A DNA stretch of 64,000 bases from an uncultured Alphaproteobacteria bacterium (GTDB taxonomy: Bacteria; Pseudomonadota; Alphaproteobacteria; JAJTHO01; G963706365). A model generated the notes under the pieces. It searched no databases. It had not been told where the DNA came from and saw nothing but the letters and a program-made list of their open reading frames with translations. The stretch spans positions 293,364 through 357,363 of the forward strand of contig OY970150.1 in the NCBI GenBank assembly GCA_963706365.1. Reading direction: 5' to 3'. This document shows, one piece after another, positions 30,001 through 39,015 of this stretch (positions are counted from its first letter, which is position 1; the number at the start of each line of letters is the position of its first letter). A program made the translations under genes and the position numbers.

Positions 30001-31969
30001 ATCTACTTACCACGCTTTAATGGGAGGGGATTACAAACCCTTCCAAGGCATCTGTTTAACCGATACGTTCCAGTTGTATGAAAAAGACGACATGGTAAGT
30101 GAGCTACTGGTGGATAATTCCGAACGCCGCATGCGCCAAAAGAATTTGGATATTCAGGTGATAATGGGGAATCCGCCCTATTCCGCTGGGCAACAAAGTG
30201 CCAACGATAATGCGGCCAATGTAGATTACCCGTTGCTGAATAAAAGCATTGCGGAGAGTTATGCACGGCATACCAAGGCCACGAATAAGAATGCGCTGTA
30301 TGATAGTTATATACGTGCCATACGTTGGGGCAGCGACCAGTTAAAAAAGGGTGGCGTGTTGGCATATGTTAGTGGCGGCGCATGGGTGGAACGTGCCTTT
30401 GCAACAGGTATTCGCAAATGTTTAAGGGAAGAATTCACCAACCTTTATGTGTTCCATTTGCGGGGCGATGTGCGTAAAAATATGTTAAGTAAGGGCGCAG
30501 CAAAAGAAGGGCAAAACATTTTTGACAGCGGCAGCATGACAGGGATTGCCATTTCAGTATTTGTCAAAAACCCTAACGCTAAAAGCCACGGCAATATTTA
30601 CTTTCACGACATTGGCGATGATTTAACCACCCAACAAAAGAAAGATAAAATTACCGAATTTAAAAGCATTAACGGCATTACAGACGCCAATGCATGGCAA
30701 ACCATCACCCCCGACAAGCATAACGATTGGTTAAACCAGCGAGATAACAGTTTTGAAGCGTTTATCAAAATGGGGGATAAGAAGGATAAACAGGCGGTGG
30801 TGTTGTTTGAGAATTATTCCAATGGCTTAAAAACCCAGCGTGATGCGTGGTGTTACAACTTTTCAAATAAAGGCTTATCTGAAAATATTGGTAGTATGAT
30901 TGATTTTTATAATCAGCAAATTGATGCAGATAAGATTGATAATGATACTACTAAGATTAGTTGGACAAGAGCTTTAAGAAATGATTTTGTTAAAGGAAAA
31001 AAAATTGAACATAATGGTGTTAAAATATCAGCATGTTATAGGCCATTTACAAAACAATGGCTCTATTATGACCGCAGAGTAAACGAAATGGTTTACCAAA
31101 TGCCCCAAATTTTCCCCAGCGACAGTGTGGAAAACAAGGTTATTTGCGTTTCTGGTATTGGCTCAAGAAGTGGATTTTCCAGTTTGATTGTTGATAAAAT
31201 ACCAGATCTTGGCATTATAGAATCAAGCCAATGTTTCCCCCTATACCTCTACACCAAACAATCAAACCAAACAAACAGCCAAGCCGACCTGCTGGCCGAA
31301 ACCCCTGCCCACACCACAAACGGCTATACCCGCACCGATGCCATCACCACCACAGGGTTGCAGCATTTTCAGCAGGGCTATAACGACGATACCATCACCA
31401 AGGAAGATATTTTCTACTACACCTACGGCATCCTCCACAGCCCGCAATACCGCGAAAAATACGCCGATAACCTCTCCAAAGAACTGCCCCGCATTCCCCT
31501 TATCAAGGGCATTGAAAATTTTTGGCAATTTGTAGAAGCAGGGCGCAAACTAGCCAACCTGCACCTAAATTACGAGGTCGCCAAAAAATTCCCCGCCACC
31601 ATCGTGGGCAACCCCGAAACCGATGCCGATTATTATGTCACTAAAATGAAGTTTGCAGGGAGTGGCAAAAACAAAGACAAAACCACCATCATTTACAACG
31701 CGAATATAACAATAACCAATATACCCGAACGGGCATTTGACTACATCGTCAACGGCAAACCCGCCCTAGAATGGGTAATGGAACGCCAAGGGCTAAAAAC
31801 CGACAAAGCCAGCGGCATCGTCAATGACGCCAACCGCTATGCAATAGAAACCGTTGGCAATGCCAAATACTCGCTAGAATTACTATTGCGGATAATTATC
31901 GTGAGTTTGGAGACGCTGGATATTGTGGATAGCTTGCCTAAGGGAGAATACTTAAATGAAGCCAACTAA
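27080..31969 (+). CDS. Type ISP restriction-modification enzyme (LlaBIII/LlaGI-like)
   Basis: Mrr-like nuclease 'GIDLVA...AIQCK', SF2 helicase 'MACGTGKT'/'DEAH', N6-adenine MTase 'DPFTGTG'/'GNPPY', C-terminal TRD 'YRPFTKQW', 'ELPRIP'. Confidence 0.95.
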   Translation: MTVLKSNAPLFSDIVTETVLETPLQKLLNHFRNHAQTEREKGTYFEELILKYLQTEPQYKNLYQSVQTYAHWAKAQGKSQQDDGIDLVAITTGGETHAIQCKLYDQGYTLQKRDIDSFFTASGKAPFTNRIIVSTTNKWSPHAENALIDQTPPVTKIDLFALEESVIDWAQYQPDTTVKTKAKYPLKCHQKRALNAIDKGFETANRGKMIMACGTGKTFTSLKIAEQQAGVGKNVLFLVPSLSLLSQTLTEWTQQSDIPLNSFAVCSDNDVGKKKSGNDDAVQTLIHELSYPATTNAESLYKATQNRSQPNAMTVVFSTYHSLATIHEAQKLGLADFDLIICDEAHRTTGATFSGDDESSFVRIHDNDYVAGHKRLYMTATPRIYGNDAKIKAEVESIELCSMDDPAKFGKTLFTINFAEAVEKGLLVDYKVLVLAVDEMHINQRLQKLLSDENNSLKVDDAARIVGCWKALSMQGIEGATPMQRAVAFCDKIEIKTRGNVSSKQIAAMFQTVVEVYQEAENDSTQLTCEVQHVDGSMNASQKEEKLAWLRAETAENTCRIVSNVKCLSEGVDVPTLDAVLFLTPKTSQVDVVQSVGRIMRNAPNKELGYVILPVVIPHGMEAHDALDNNQNYKVVWDVLNALRSHDERLNAKINQAELEGKSIANIEVIPVTNTLNPKIKRPSDKDSTLNSARTGYGIGEKNPDAPTQQLEIEFEIGDIERALYAKIVKKCGQRLYWEDWAKDIANIAQTHINRITTIVQNPENTVEAAAFNGFAGELRDDLNPSISDDEVIEMLAQHLITKPVFDALFQHDNFAANNPVSQAMQDVLDVLQTHNLHKEADTLEQFYESVRRRVAGINTAEGKQKIIVQLYDKFFRNAFPRLTERLGIVYTPVEVVDFIIHSVNDVLQNEFGETLGSQGVHIIDPFTGTGTFITRMLQSGLITPEQLPHKYDHEIHANEIVLLAYYIAAINIESTYHALMGGDYKPFQGICLTDTFQLYEKDDMVSELLVDNSERRMRQKNLDIQVIMGNPPYSAGQQSANDNAANVDYPLLNKSIAESYARHTKATNKNALYDSYIRAIRWGSDQLKKGGVLAYVSGGAWVERAFATGIRKCLREEFTNLYVFHLRGDVRKNMLSKGAAKEGQNIFDSGSMTGIAISVFVKNPNAKSHGNIYFHDIGDDLTTQQKKDKITEFKSINGITDANAWQTITPDKHNDWLNQRDNSFEAFIKMGDKKDKQAVVLFENYSNGLKTQRDAWCYNFSNKGLSENIGSMIDFYNQQIDADKIDNDTTKISWTRALRNDFVKGKKIEHNGVKISACYRPFTKQWLYYDRRVNEMVYQMPQIFPSDSVENKVICVSGIGSRSGFSSLIVDKIPDLGIIESSQCFPLYLYTKQSNQTNSQADLLAETPAHTTNGYTRTDAITTTGLQHFQQGYNDDTITKEDIFYYTYGILHSPQYREKYADNLSKELPRIPLIKGIENFWQFVEAGRKLANLHLNYEVAKKFPATIVGNPETDADYYVTKMKFAGSGKNKDKTTIIYNANITITNIPERAFDYIVNGKPALEWVMERQGLKTDKASGIVNDANRYAIETVGNAKYSLELLLRIIIVSLETLDIVDSLPKGEYLNEAN

Positions 31970-32894
31970 TGTTTTTATTTCGTACAGCCATAAAGATGCT
32001 GACATATGCGATAAAGTTCATACGCATCTTGAATGCTTAGTAAAAGCAAACCTTGTTAAGATTTATTACGATGAGCATATGTTGGGTGGTGATGAAATAG
32101 ACCCGACTATTAAAGCATATATTGATAATTCATCTTTAGCATTATTTATGATTAGTGCTAACTTTATTGATTCAAAATACTGTTGGAAAATTGAAAGAGA
32201 ATTAATATTAGAGCGCAAAAAGCAAGGTAGGATGCATGTTGTTGGTGTGTTAATCGAGGATTGCCAGTGGCACTTGCCGGAGCTCGGTTTAAAACAATTT
32301 AAAATGCTACCTAAAGATGCTAAAGCAATTACTGGGCGTGACTGGCACAATCAATCAGAGGCTTTATCTGATATGGCTGATGGAATATTAAAAGTCTGTA
32401 GGCAATTGGATAATAAGTTGGAAGATACTAAAGAATTTGTGAATGAATTTGATCAGTGTCAAAGCGACGATAATCCATCCCCTTTTCAAAAATGTATAGA
32501 TCAATTCTTGTTAGAATCAGCAGAGCGCAAAATTTTAGCTGGCGCATTAAAGGATAAATTTCCAGACATAAAAAGCATGGCCTTTGAGGCAGCAAACTAT
32601 GCATTATTATCATTATCTGCTGATCTAAAGCAACGAGAAGAAATTCATACCGCTAATCCTTTAGATACTTTGTATAAAAATATTTATTATACATTAGGGG
32701 AGCAGCTGATTGATATTGTAGAGTATAGGGTGATACCCTCCACCGTAAGGGTACTGAATAACAACTCAACTTTGCTTGAAACCGCCTTTCTTTATATTAG
32801 GAATGAAAAAATAACTAGGTTTTGCTGCAATAAATTGCAACGCGATATTCTGGAGCAGTCTTTAGACCTACTGATTAAAAGAATAACCAGTTAG
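31956..32894 (+). CDS. TIR-domain protein with unknown C-terminal domain
   Basis: 'VFISYSHKD', 'ISANFIDSKYCWKIE', 'LPKDAKAI'. Confidence 0.88.
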   Translation: MKPTNVFISYSHKDADICDKVHTHLECLVKANLVKIYYDEHMLGGDEIDPTIKAYIDNSSLALFMISANFIDSKYCWKIERELILERKKQGRMHVVGVLIEDCQWHLPELGLKQFKMLPKDAKAITGRDWHNQSEALSDMADGILKVCRQLDNKLEDTKEFVNEFDQCQSDDNPSPFQKCIDQFLLESAERKILAGALKDKFPDIKSMAFEAANYALLSLSADLKQREEIHTANPLDTLYKNIYYTLGEQLIDIVEYRVIPSTVRVLNNNSTLLETAFLYIRNEKITRFCCNKLQRDILEQSLDLLIKRITS

Positions 32895-33136
32895 CTTTTA
32901 TTATATTTCTTAGCAAAGTGCTGATCAGCATATGCGATACAATCTTTTTGTATCAGATTGTCCATAGATTCTAGGTTCTGCCTATCTCTTTCTTCTAGCT
33001 GATCTTCGGATAATATTGCAATATTGACAATATCTTCAAGTAAAGACTCTATCTTCAAGATATCTATTGCAGGAACTACATTTTTCAGTTCAGACAGATG
33101 TATTTTTATTACTGTTAAAATGTCCTCGACTTGCAT
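32891..33136 (-). CDS. Small acidic hypothetical protein
   Basis: Open frame from ATG 33136 (MQVEDILTV...); its stop overlaps the TIR gene stop. Confidence 0.45.
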   Translation of the reverse strand: MQVEDILTVIKIHLSELKNVVPAIDILKIESLLEDIVNIAILSEDQLEERDRQNLESMDNLIQKDCIAYADQHFAKKYNKS

Positions 33137-33319
33137 GGGAATAAACCGCTTTCTAATTTTTCCCAATATTAAAAAACAATGCTTAAAAAAGTGATAAAGC
33201 AAAACCAATCACAATAGCGGTACTGTATTATTATAAAGAATACTGACTCAAATGCGGCACCAGTGCGGCACCAAGAATTTTTAAGTTGAACCATAATCAA
33301 CGTAAGTCATTGAAAAATA

Positions 33320-33394
33320 TGGCTCCCCGGGAGGGATTCGAACCCCCGACCAATTGATTAACAGTCAACTGCTCTACCACTGAGCTACCAGGGA
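33320..33394 (-). tRNA. tRNA-Asn(GTT), integration target
   Basis: TCCCTGGTAGCTCAGTGGTAGAGCAGTTGACTGTTAATCAATTGGTCGGGGGTTCGAATCCCTCCCGGGGAGCCA. Confidence 0.97.
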
Positions 33395-33522
33395 ATATGG
33401 TGTGTGGGCTCACAGATATACTTTACCGAAGATTGTTGTCAATTAAAATTCTACTTTATTTTGGATCCTTTTGTCTGAAATCTTTTTCGCTAGGGCGACT
33501 GATGCACCTTTTGCAGAGCTTC

Positions 33523-35406
33523 CTATAAGTTCTTTGCCAATCTTACCAATTTGATAAATTCATTGCGATAACCGTAGGGGTCTTTGCCGCGGGCGGACGT
33601 GGCAAGGTTGATTATGTCATCATGACTGTAATTATTGGTATGATCAGCGCCTTTTAATATTTGGCCAAAGGCGGCAACCGCAGCAGCGAAACGGATATCG
33701 TCACTTACACTGTCGATATCTTTAGTCATTTCAGTAATAGGCTGGCTGATTAGCTGGCTTTTATCACCATCCGGTTTTTTATACCGGATTTTTAGGAAAG
33801 CATATTCTTTACTATCGCTTTTTATCGCTGTTTCGCTGTTTCGTTTATTTTCCTCATAACGTCGTTCACCCAGCAGGCGCGTTTTACTTTCTGTGGGCAC
33901 AATTTCATAGATGGCGGTAACAGCATGCCCCGCGCCCACTTCGCCAGCGTCAATTTTATCGTTTTTGAAATCTTCTTCTTTTAATAGGCGGGTTTCGTAG
34001 CCAATTAAGCGATATTCTGCTACTTTGGCCGGGTTGAATTCTAGCTGAATTTTTACGTCTTTTGCAATGGGGTAAAGGGTACTGTTAATGTCTTCTACGA
34101 ACACTTTTTGTGCTTCTTGCAAGGTGTCAATATAGGCGGCATTGCCATTACCATTTTGTGCAAGCGTTTGCATGATATGATCATTATAGTTGCCTTGGCC
34201 AAAGCCTAGCACAGAAAGGAAAATGCCGCTGTCGCGTTGTGCTTCAATAAACTGTTTTAGTTGATCGGGGTCATTAATACCGACATTAAAATCGCCATCA
34301 GTGGCCAGGATAACACGGTTGTTGCCCTCTTTTTTATAGGATTGTTTGGCTAGTCTATAGGCTTCTTCAATGCCAGCTGCGCCGGCTGTGCCACCGCCTG
34401 ATTGTAAGCCGTCCAAAGCCGCGAGAATTTTTTGCTGTTCTGAAACTTTGGTGGGTTCTAATACGGTGCCGGCATTGCCTGCATAGGTGGCAATGGCGAT
34501 GGTGTCGTTATCGTCTAACTGTTTTAATAACAGTTTAAAGGCATTTTTTAAGAGTGGCAGTTTGTCTTGTGCCTGCATAGAGCCCGAGATGTCTATTAAG
34601 AACACTAGATTACTGGCTGGTTTTTTATCAGATGCCAGCTGGTGCCCCTTAATACCGATATGGAGCAGCTTAGTATCTTTATTCCATGGAGTAGGGTAGA
34701 GGGCTACGGTTGGTTTAAATGGTTTGTCCAGGCTATCGGGCACAGCGTAGTCGTAGTCGAAATAGTTGATCATTTCTTCAACACGCACGGCTTCTGAAGG
34801 GGGGAGTTGGCCTTGGTTAATCATTCTGCGGATAAAGCTGTAACTGCTGGTATCCACATCAATGGAAAAGGTAGAAACGGGGGTTTCGGCGGTGCTTTTT
34901 ACGGCGTTTTCCTGATTTTTCTGGAACCTGTTACCGCTTTGGGATTCTATATAGGGGATACGGTCTAGTTCGGGATTGTAGAAGGTTGTTTGCGGTGCAA
35001 CAAGGGCGTTAGATTCCATCTGCCTAGACATGGCAATGGGAGCTTGCGCTGCGGTTGATTGTTTAGATAGGGGGGCCATCTGTGTGTCTGCCATACTAAG
35101 AGTAGCAGTATCGTTTGCAAGGTATTGGTGGTCGCCTGTATTTGTGATTAAAACAATAGCCAGCAAACTAACGGCAGCGCCGCCAATAATGGGGTAAAGT
35201 TTCTTTTTATTCGGTTTTTTCATGGTGTTGTTTCCTTTCGTTCTATTCATAAGACGATGGAAGACAGAATTTCCCTGGGAATTATTTTTTAAAGCTTCAT
35301 TTTCTATTTGCATGGCCGCATCTATAGCGCGGGCGCGTGTTTCCGGCGAAGGGGTAGGGGGTTTTAGCGATTGTAATTTTTGTAGCTCATTTTCTAGATT
35401 AGTCAT
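33523..35406 (-). CDS. YfbK-like von Willebrand A domain membrane protein
   Basis: 'PVSTFSIDVDTSSY', 'VRVEEMINYF', MIDAS 'DISGSM', 'LATDGDFNVG', 'YRLIGYE'. Confidence 0.92.
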   Translation of the reverse strand: MTNLENELQKLQSLKPPTPSPETRARAIDAAMQIENEALKNNSQGNSVFHRLMNRTKGNNTMKKPNKKKLYPIIGGAAVSLLAIVLITNTGDHQYLANDTATLSMADTQMAPLSKQSTAAQAPIAMSRQMESNALVAPQTTFYNPELDRIPYIESQSGNRFQKNQENAVKSTAETPVSTFSIDVDTSSYSFIRRMINQGQLPPSEAVRVEEMINYFDYDYAVPDSLDKPFKPTVALYPTPWNKDTKLLHIGIKGHQLASDKKPASNLVFLIDISGSMQAQDKLPLLKNAFKLLLKQLDDNDTIAIATYAGNAGTVLEPTKVSEQQKILAALDGLQSGGGTAGAAGIEEAYRLAKQSYKKEGNNRVILATDGDFNVGINDPDQLKQFIEAQRDSGIFLSVLGFGQGNYNDHIMQTLAQNGNGNAAYIDTLQEAQKVFVEDINSTLYPIAKDVKIQLEFNPAKVAEYRLIGYETRLLKEEDFKNDKIDAGEVGAGHAVTAIYEIVPTESKTRLLGERRYEENKRNSETAIKSDSKEYAFLKIRYKKPDGDKSQLISQPITEMTKDIDSVSDDIRFAAAVAAFGQILKGADHTNNYSHDDIINLATSARGKDPYGYRNEFIKLVRLAKNL

Positions 35407-35941
35407 TGGTTTTTCCCTCGCTATCAACATGCCCGAAATGTTGCTTTAGTTGTGTCTTGGCTTCCGCAATATACCAGGAGACCGTTTTTTCAGCACACTG
35501 CATAATTTCCGCAGCCTCAATATGAGTAAAGCCTTCCATGTAAACCAGCAGGGTAGCATCGCGCAAATTATCTGGTAAATTCTTTACCTTTTGCCATATT
35601 TTTTGTACATCGGCCTGCTGGTCTGGCAGGGGGGCATCATCTTCATGTTCCAGCAAGATGGCTTCATTTGGTTTGCGTTGTTTAAAATAATCGTTGCTGG
35701 TGTTAATTACCATTCGATAAAGCCAGCTACTAAATTTCGCCGTATGGTTAAAGGTGTGCAAAGAGCGGCTTAATTTTATACAGCAATCTTGCGCAATATC
35801 CTCGGCATCACTTTGCTTGCCGCACCATTTAAAAGCAACTTTAAATATAAAATCATAATGTTGTTCTAGCAGCTGCCGCAAAGCGGTTCTGTCACCTTGT
35901 TGTGCGGCTATAATCATGGTGGTTTCGCCAGAATTGTTCAT
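35399..35941 (-). CDS. ECF RNA polymerase sigma factor
   Basis: 'DAEDIAQD', 'FSSWLYRMVIN', region 4 'EGFTHIEAAEIM'; overlaps the vWA gene start. Confidence 0.92.
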   Translation of the reverse strand: MNNSGETTMIIAAQQGDRTALRQLLEQHYDFIFKVAFKWCGKQSDAEDIAQDCCIKLSRSLHTFNHTAKFSSWLYRMVINTSNDYFKQRKPNEAILLEHEDDAPLPDQQADVQKIWQKVKNLPDNLRDATLLVYMEGFTHIEAAEIMQCAEKTVSWYIAEAKTQLKQHFGHVDSEGKTND

Positions 35942-35967
35942 AAGGTGTTTACAATAAGACGATGAGA

Positions 35968-36300
35968 CTAAACATTCCCCTGGGAGTTTTGTTCGATTTT
36001 TTGAAAAAAGCAACTTCTTTCCCCTGTGTGGCAGGCGGGGCCTGTTTGATCGACCATTAACAATAAGCAATCAGCATCGCAATCATAATACATTTCTACC
36101 AGCTTTTGAATATTACCAGAGGTTTCGCCCTTAAACCAGAACGATTGCCGCGAGCGTGACCAATAACAAACATGGCCGGTTTGCAACGTTTTTTCAATTG
36201 AATCAGCATTCATCCAAGCCTGCATTAATACCTCCCTAGTATCAAATTGCTGTGCAATGGCAGGGATTAGGTTATCTTGGTTAAATTTCAGGTTTTTCAC
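35968..36300 (-). CDS. hisI: Phosphoribosyl-AMP cyclohydrolase
   Basis: 'YWSRSR', 'KGETSG', 'DCDAD', 'ACHTG..SCF'. Confidence 0.96.
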   Translation of the reverse strand: MKNLKFNQDNLIPAIAQQFDTREVLMQAWMNADSIEKTLQTGHVCYWSRSRQSFWFKGETSGNIQKLVEMYYDCDADCLLLMVDQTGPACHTGERSCFFQKIEQNSQGNV

Positions 36301-36433
36301 CTGTATAGCATGGGGTGTTTTTCTAAAAATGACAATTATGAAAAAGGCATTAATACAGAGTAGTTTGATTTTAGAAATCCAGTATTATAGATGCTTTTCC
36401 CTCTTATCTCAACAACGCCTAGGTTGCTGGCGC

Positions 36434-37156
36434 TTATTTCTCCCCAAATTTGCGACGTTTTTTTGGTTTGTCAGTTACGGCAGAAATAACATTATCGGCC
36501 AGGCGCGAGAATGGCAGACTTTGCATGAATACTTCGCCGGGGCCAACCATTTTGGCCAAAAAGAACCCTTCACCGGCGAAAAGCGGGTTCATGATGCCGG
36601 AAATCATGGAAATAGAATAATCAATATCACCGGCAAAACCGAGCAAACAACCGGTGTCTACCTTTAAAACTTCACCAGGCAGCAACTCCTTATGCACAAT
36701 GGCGCCACCGGCATGTAAAAAGGCAATACCGTCACCTGTTAATTTTTGCAGCACAAAACCCTCGCCACCAAACAAACCCGCCCCGATGCGCCGGGTAAAA
36801 GCGATGCTTATATCTATGCTGGGTTGTGCACAAAGAAAAGAACGCTGTTGGCAATAAAATTTATTGTTATGCATCCGCATATCCAGGGGAATAATTTTAC
36901 CGGGGTAATAGGCGCCGAAGCCTACATAGCTTTTGTCTTTGCCTTCATTGGCAAAAGTAGTCATGAAAAAATTTTCACCAGCAAATTTTCGTTTAAGCCC
37001 TTTCAGCATTCCGCCAGAGATACCAGTATGCATATTCACATCATTGCCCATATAAACCATGGCGCCCGTTTCAGCGCGGATAGTTTCGCCTGGGTCTAGT
37101 GTGATATCAACAACTTCGGTGGATTGGCCGGTAATTTCGTAATACATAAAATGCAT
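36434..37156 (-). CDS. TIGR00266/AIM24-family protein
   Basis: 'LDPGETIRAETGAM', 'GLFGGEGFVLQKL', 'QSLPFSRLA'. Confidence 0.92.
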   Translation of the reverse strand: MHFMYYEITGQSTEVVDITLDPGETIRAETGAMVYMGNDVNMHTGISGGMLKGLKRKFAGENFFMTTFANEGKDKSYVGFGAYYPGKIIPLDMRMHNNKFYCQQRSFLCAQPSIDISIAFTRRIGAGLFGGEGFVLQKLTGDGIAFLHAGGAIVHKELLPGEVLKVDTGCLLGFAGDIDYSISMISGIMNPLFAGEGFFLAKMVGPGEVFMQSLPFSRLADNVISAVTDKPKKRRKFGEK

Positions 37157-37228
37157 TATATATAATTTAAAGCTTTTTTACCAGCTTTAACCATTTCGAA
37201 GCAACTATTGCACTATGATTACAAGAAA

Positions 37229-38932
37229 ATGGTAGATAAATCGTCTAAAGTAGCATCGAAACAAATGCATAATATTCGGCATGAACGTGATCGCTTCGTT
37301 GCCTTTTCCTTTGCTGCGGCTGATATGCTGTTGGAAGTAGAAGGGGATGACGGCACTATAACTTTTGTAAGTGGTGCAGCGCATTCTATTACTGGGCGAA
37401 CCACCGAACAATTAGTAGGTGGTGGTATTTACAGCTTGATGTCGACAGCTGATCGCACCCTTTTACACAAAACAATTACAGAGATCAATAATGGTGGTCG
37501 TATTCGCCATATTCCAATAGAATTTATACAGCCAGATAGCACCACTATACCTGTTTTTATTGGTGCCTGTAAACTGAGCCAAGAAGGCACATTATACTTA
37601 AGCGTTGTTATTATTCATACGAATGTGCGTGGTACTGAAAAACGCAGCAAAACAACAGGTTTATTGGATGTTGACAGTTTTGCAGAAGTGGCTCGTACCA
37701 TGGCGGAAGAAGGCGAATGTAAGTTAACCTTTATTGATATTCCTGAGCTGGAAGCGATCAAGGATAAGTCTGATAAAAAAGCTATTCAAGATTTCTATGG
37801 TGCGATTGGCGCACAGCTAAAGCATCTTTCCAAGAATGGTGATGCAGCCGGCCAAATTACTGACGGGCGATTTGGCATTGTGCATGACAAAAGCTTAAAT
37901 GTTTTGCAGATTCATGAACAGGTAAACTCTATTACCCATGATCTAGATGAAAGCTTGACCGTGGAATCTAATGCCATGGTGCTGGATAAAGAAGGTTTGG
38001 GTTCTGATGATATTGCTCGTGCTATACTCTATTCTATCAATCAATTTGCTGAGCAAGGCTCAGATAAATTTGATATAGTTTCTCTGCATGACAGTATCGA
38101 CGAGTTAATGGAAGACACTGTTTTACGTGTTTCCCAATTTAAAAATACTTTAGAAGCAGACTCTTTTAGCCTAGTTTTTCAACCAATACTTTCATTGAAA
38201 AAAGCGGGTGCTGTACACCACTATGAGGCGCTAAGCCGCTTTAAAGAAGGTCGTAATACGTTTGAAGTGATTAACTTTGCCGAAGCAACAGGCATGATTC
38301 AGGAATTTGACCTGTGTGTTTGTCAACGTGTTTTAGACCATTTGCTGCGCCTTTCCGTTAGTGGTAAACGACCATTAATTGCAGTAAATCTTTCAGCACA
38401 ATCCTTGGAAAGTAGTATCTTTATAAGCTCGCTGCGTGCCATGATGCAGCAGCAACCTATACTGCGTAAAAATATTTTATTTGAGCTAACAGAATCTAGT
38501 CATATCAAGAATTTTGATTTGGCAAATAATGTATTACAAGAACTTAGGCGTGACGGCCATCTGGTTTGTTTAGATGATGTGGGTGCTGGGGCAACATCAT
38601 TCCATTATATTCGGTCATTCTATGTAGACTTTGTGAAAATTGATGGATCCTATATTCGCAAAATGTTGAACAATAGCCGGGATATTGCTTTTGTACGTGC
38701 TATTGCTGATTTAGCCAGAGCATTAGGTTCTTCAACCATTGCAGAAATGGTTGAAACACAGGATGAAGCATCAAGTTTAAAGCAGCTGGGTGTTGATTAT
38801 GGGCAGGGTTGGTTGTTTGGTAAGCCTAGCCCGATTTTTGAAGGACTAGAGAACCAGATGACCGCGCATAATGCTGTGCGTGTAATACCCCCGCAACCCA
38901 AACCAGCAAAGCAAGAAACAAGAGCTAGTTAG
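37229..38932 (+). CDS. PAS + degenerate GGDEF + EAL c-di-GMP phosphodiesterase
   Basis: 'YEALSR', 'VNLS', 'ELTE', 'LDDVGAG', 'KIDG', 'QGW'. Confidence 0.9.
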   Translation: MVDKSSKVASKQMHNIRHERDRFVAFSFAAADMLLEVEGDDGTITFVSGAAHSITGRTTEQLVGGGIYSLMSTADRTLLHKTITEINNGGRIRHIPIEFIQPDSTTIPVFIGACKLSQEGTLYLSVVIIHTNVRGTEKRSKTTGLLDVDSFAEVARTMAEEGECKLTFIDIPELEAIKDKSDKKAIQDFYGAIGAQLKHLSKNGDAAGQITDGRFGIVHDKSLNVLQIHEQVNSITHDLDESLTVESNAMVLDKEGLGSDDIARAILYSINQFAEQGSDKFDIVSLHDSIDELMEDTVLRVSQFKNTLEADSFSLVFQPILSLKKAGAVHHYEALSRFKEGRNTFEVINFAEATGMIQEFDLCVCQRVLDHLLRLSVSGKRPLIAVNLSAQSLESSIFISSLRAMMQQQPILRKNILFELTESSHIKNFDLANNVLQELRRDGHLVCLDDVGAGATSFHYIRSFYVDFVKIDGSYIRKMLNNSRDIAFVRAIADLARALGSSTIAEMVETQDEASSLKQLGVDYGQGWLFGKPSPIFEGLENQMTAHNAVRVIPPQPKPAKQETRAS

Positions 38933-39015
38933 CCACAGGCCAAAAGTATTAACAAAAGATTAAAAAAATCGATGGGGAATGCTAGGGTAGTGCGATAAAA
39001 GAGCAGGGCGGTTCT

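Larger units (their letters stand above)
18105..33367. mobile_element. Element 2: 15.2-kb satellite-like integrative element in tRNA-Asn carrying defence cargo
   Basis: 49-bp terminal direct repeats, tyrosine integrase, excisionase, primase-DUF927, iterons, and matching TGCGGCAC repeats inside both ends. Confidence 0.92.
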
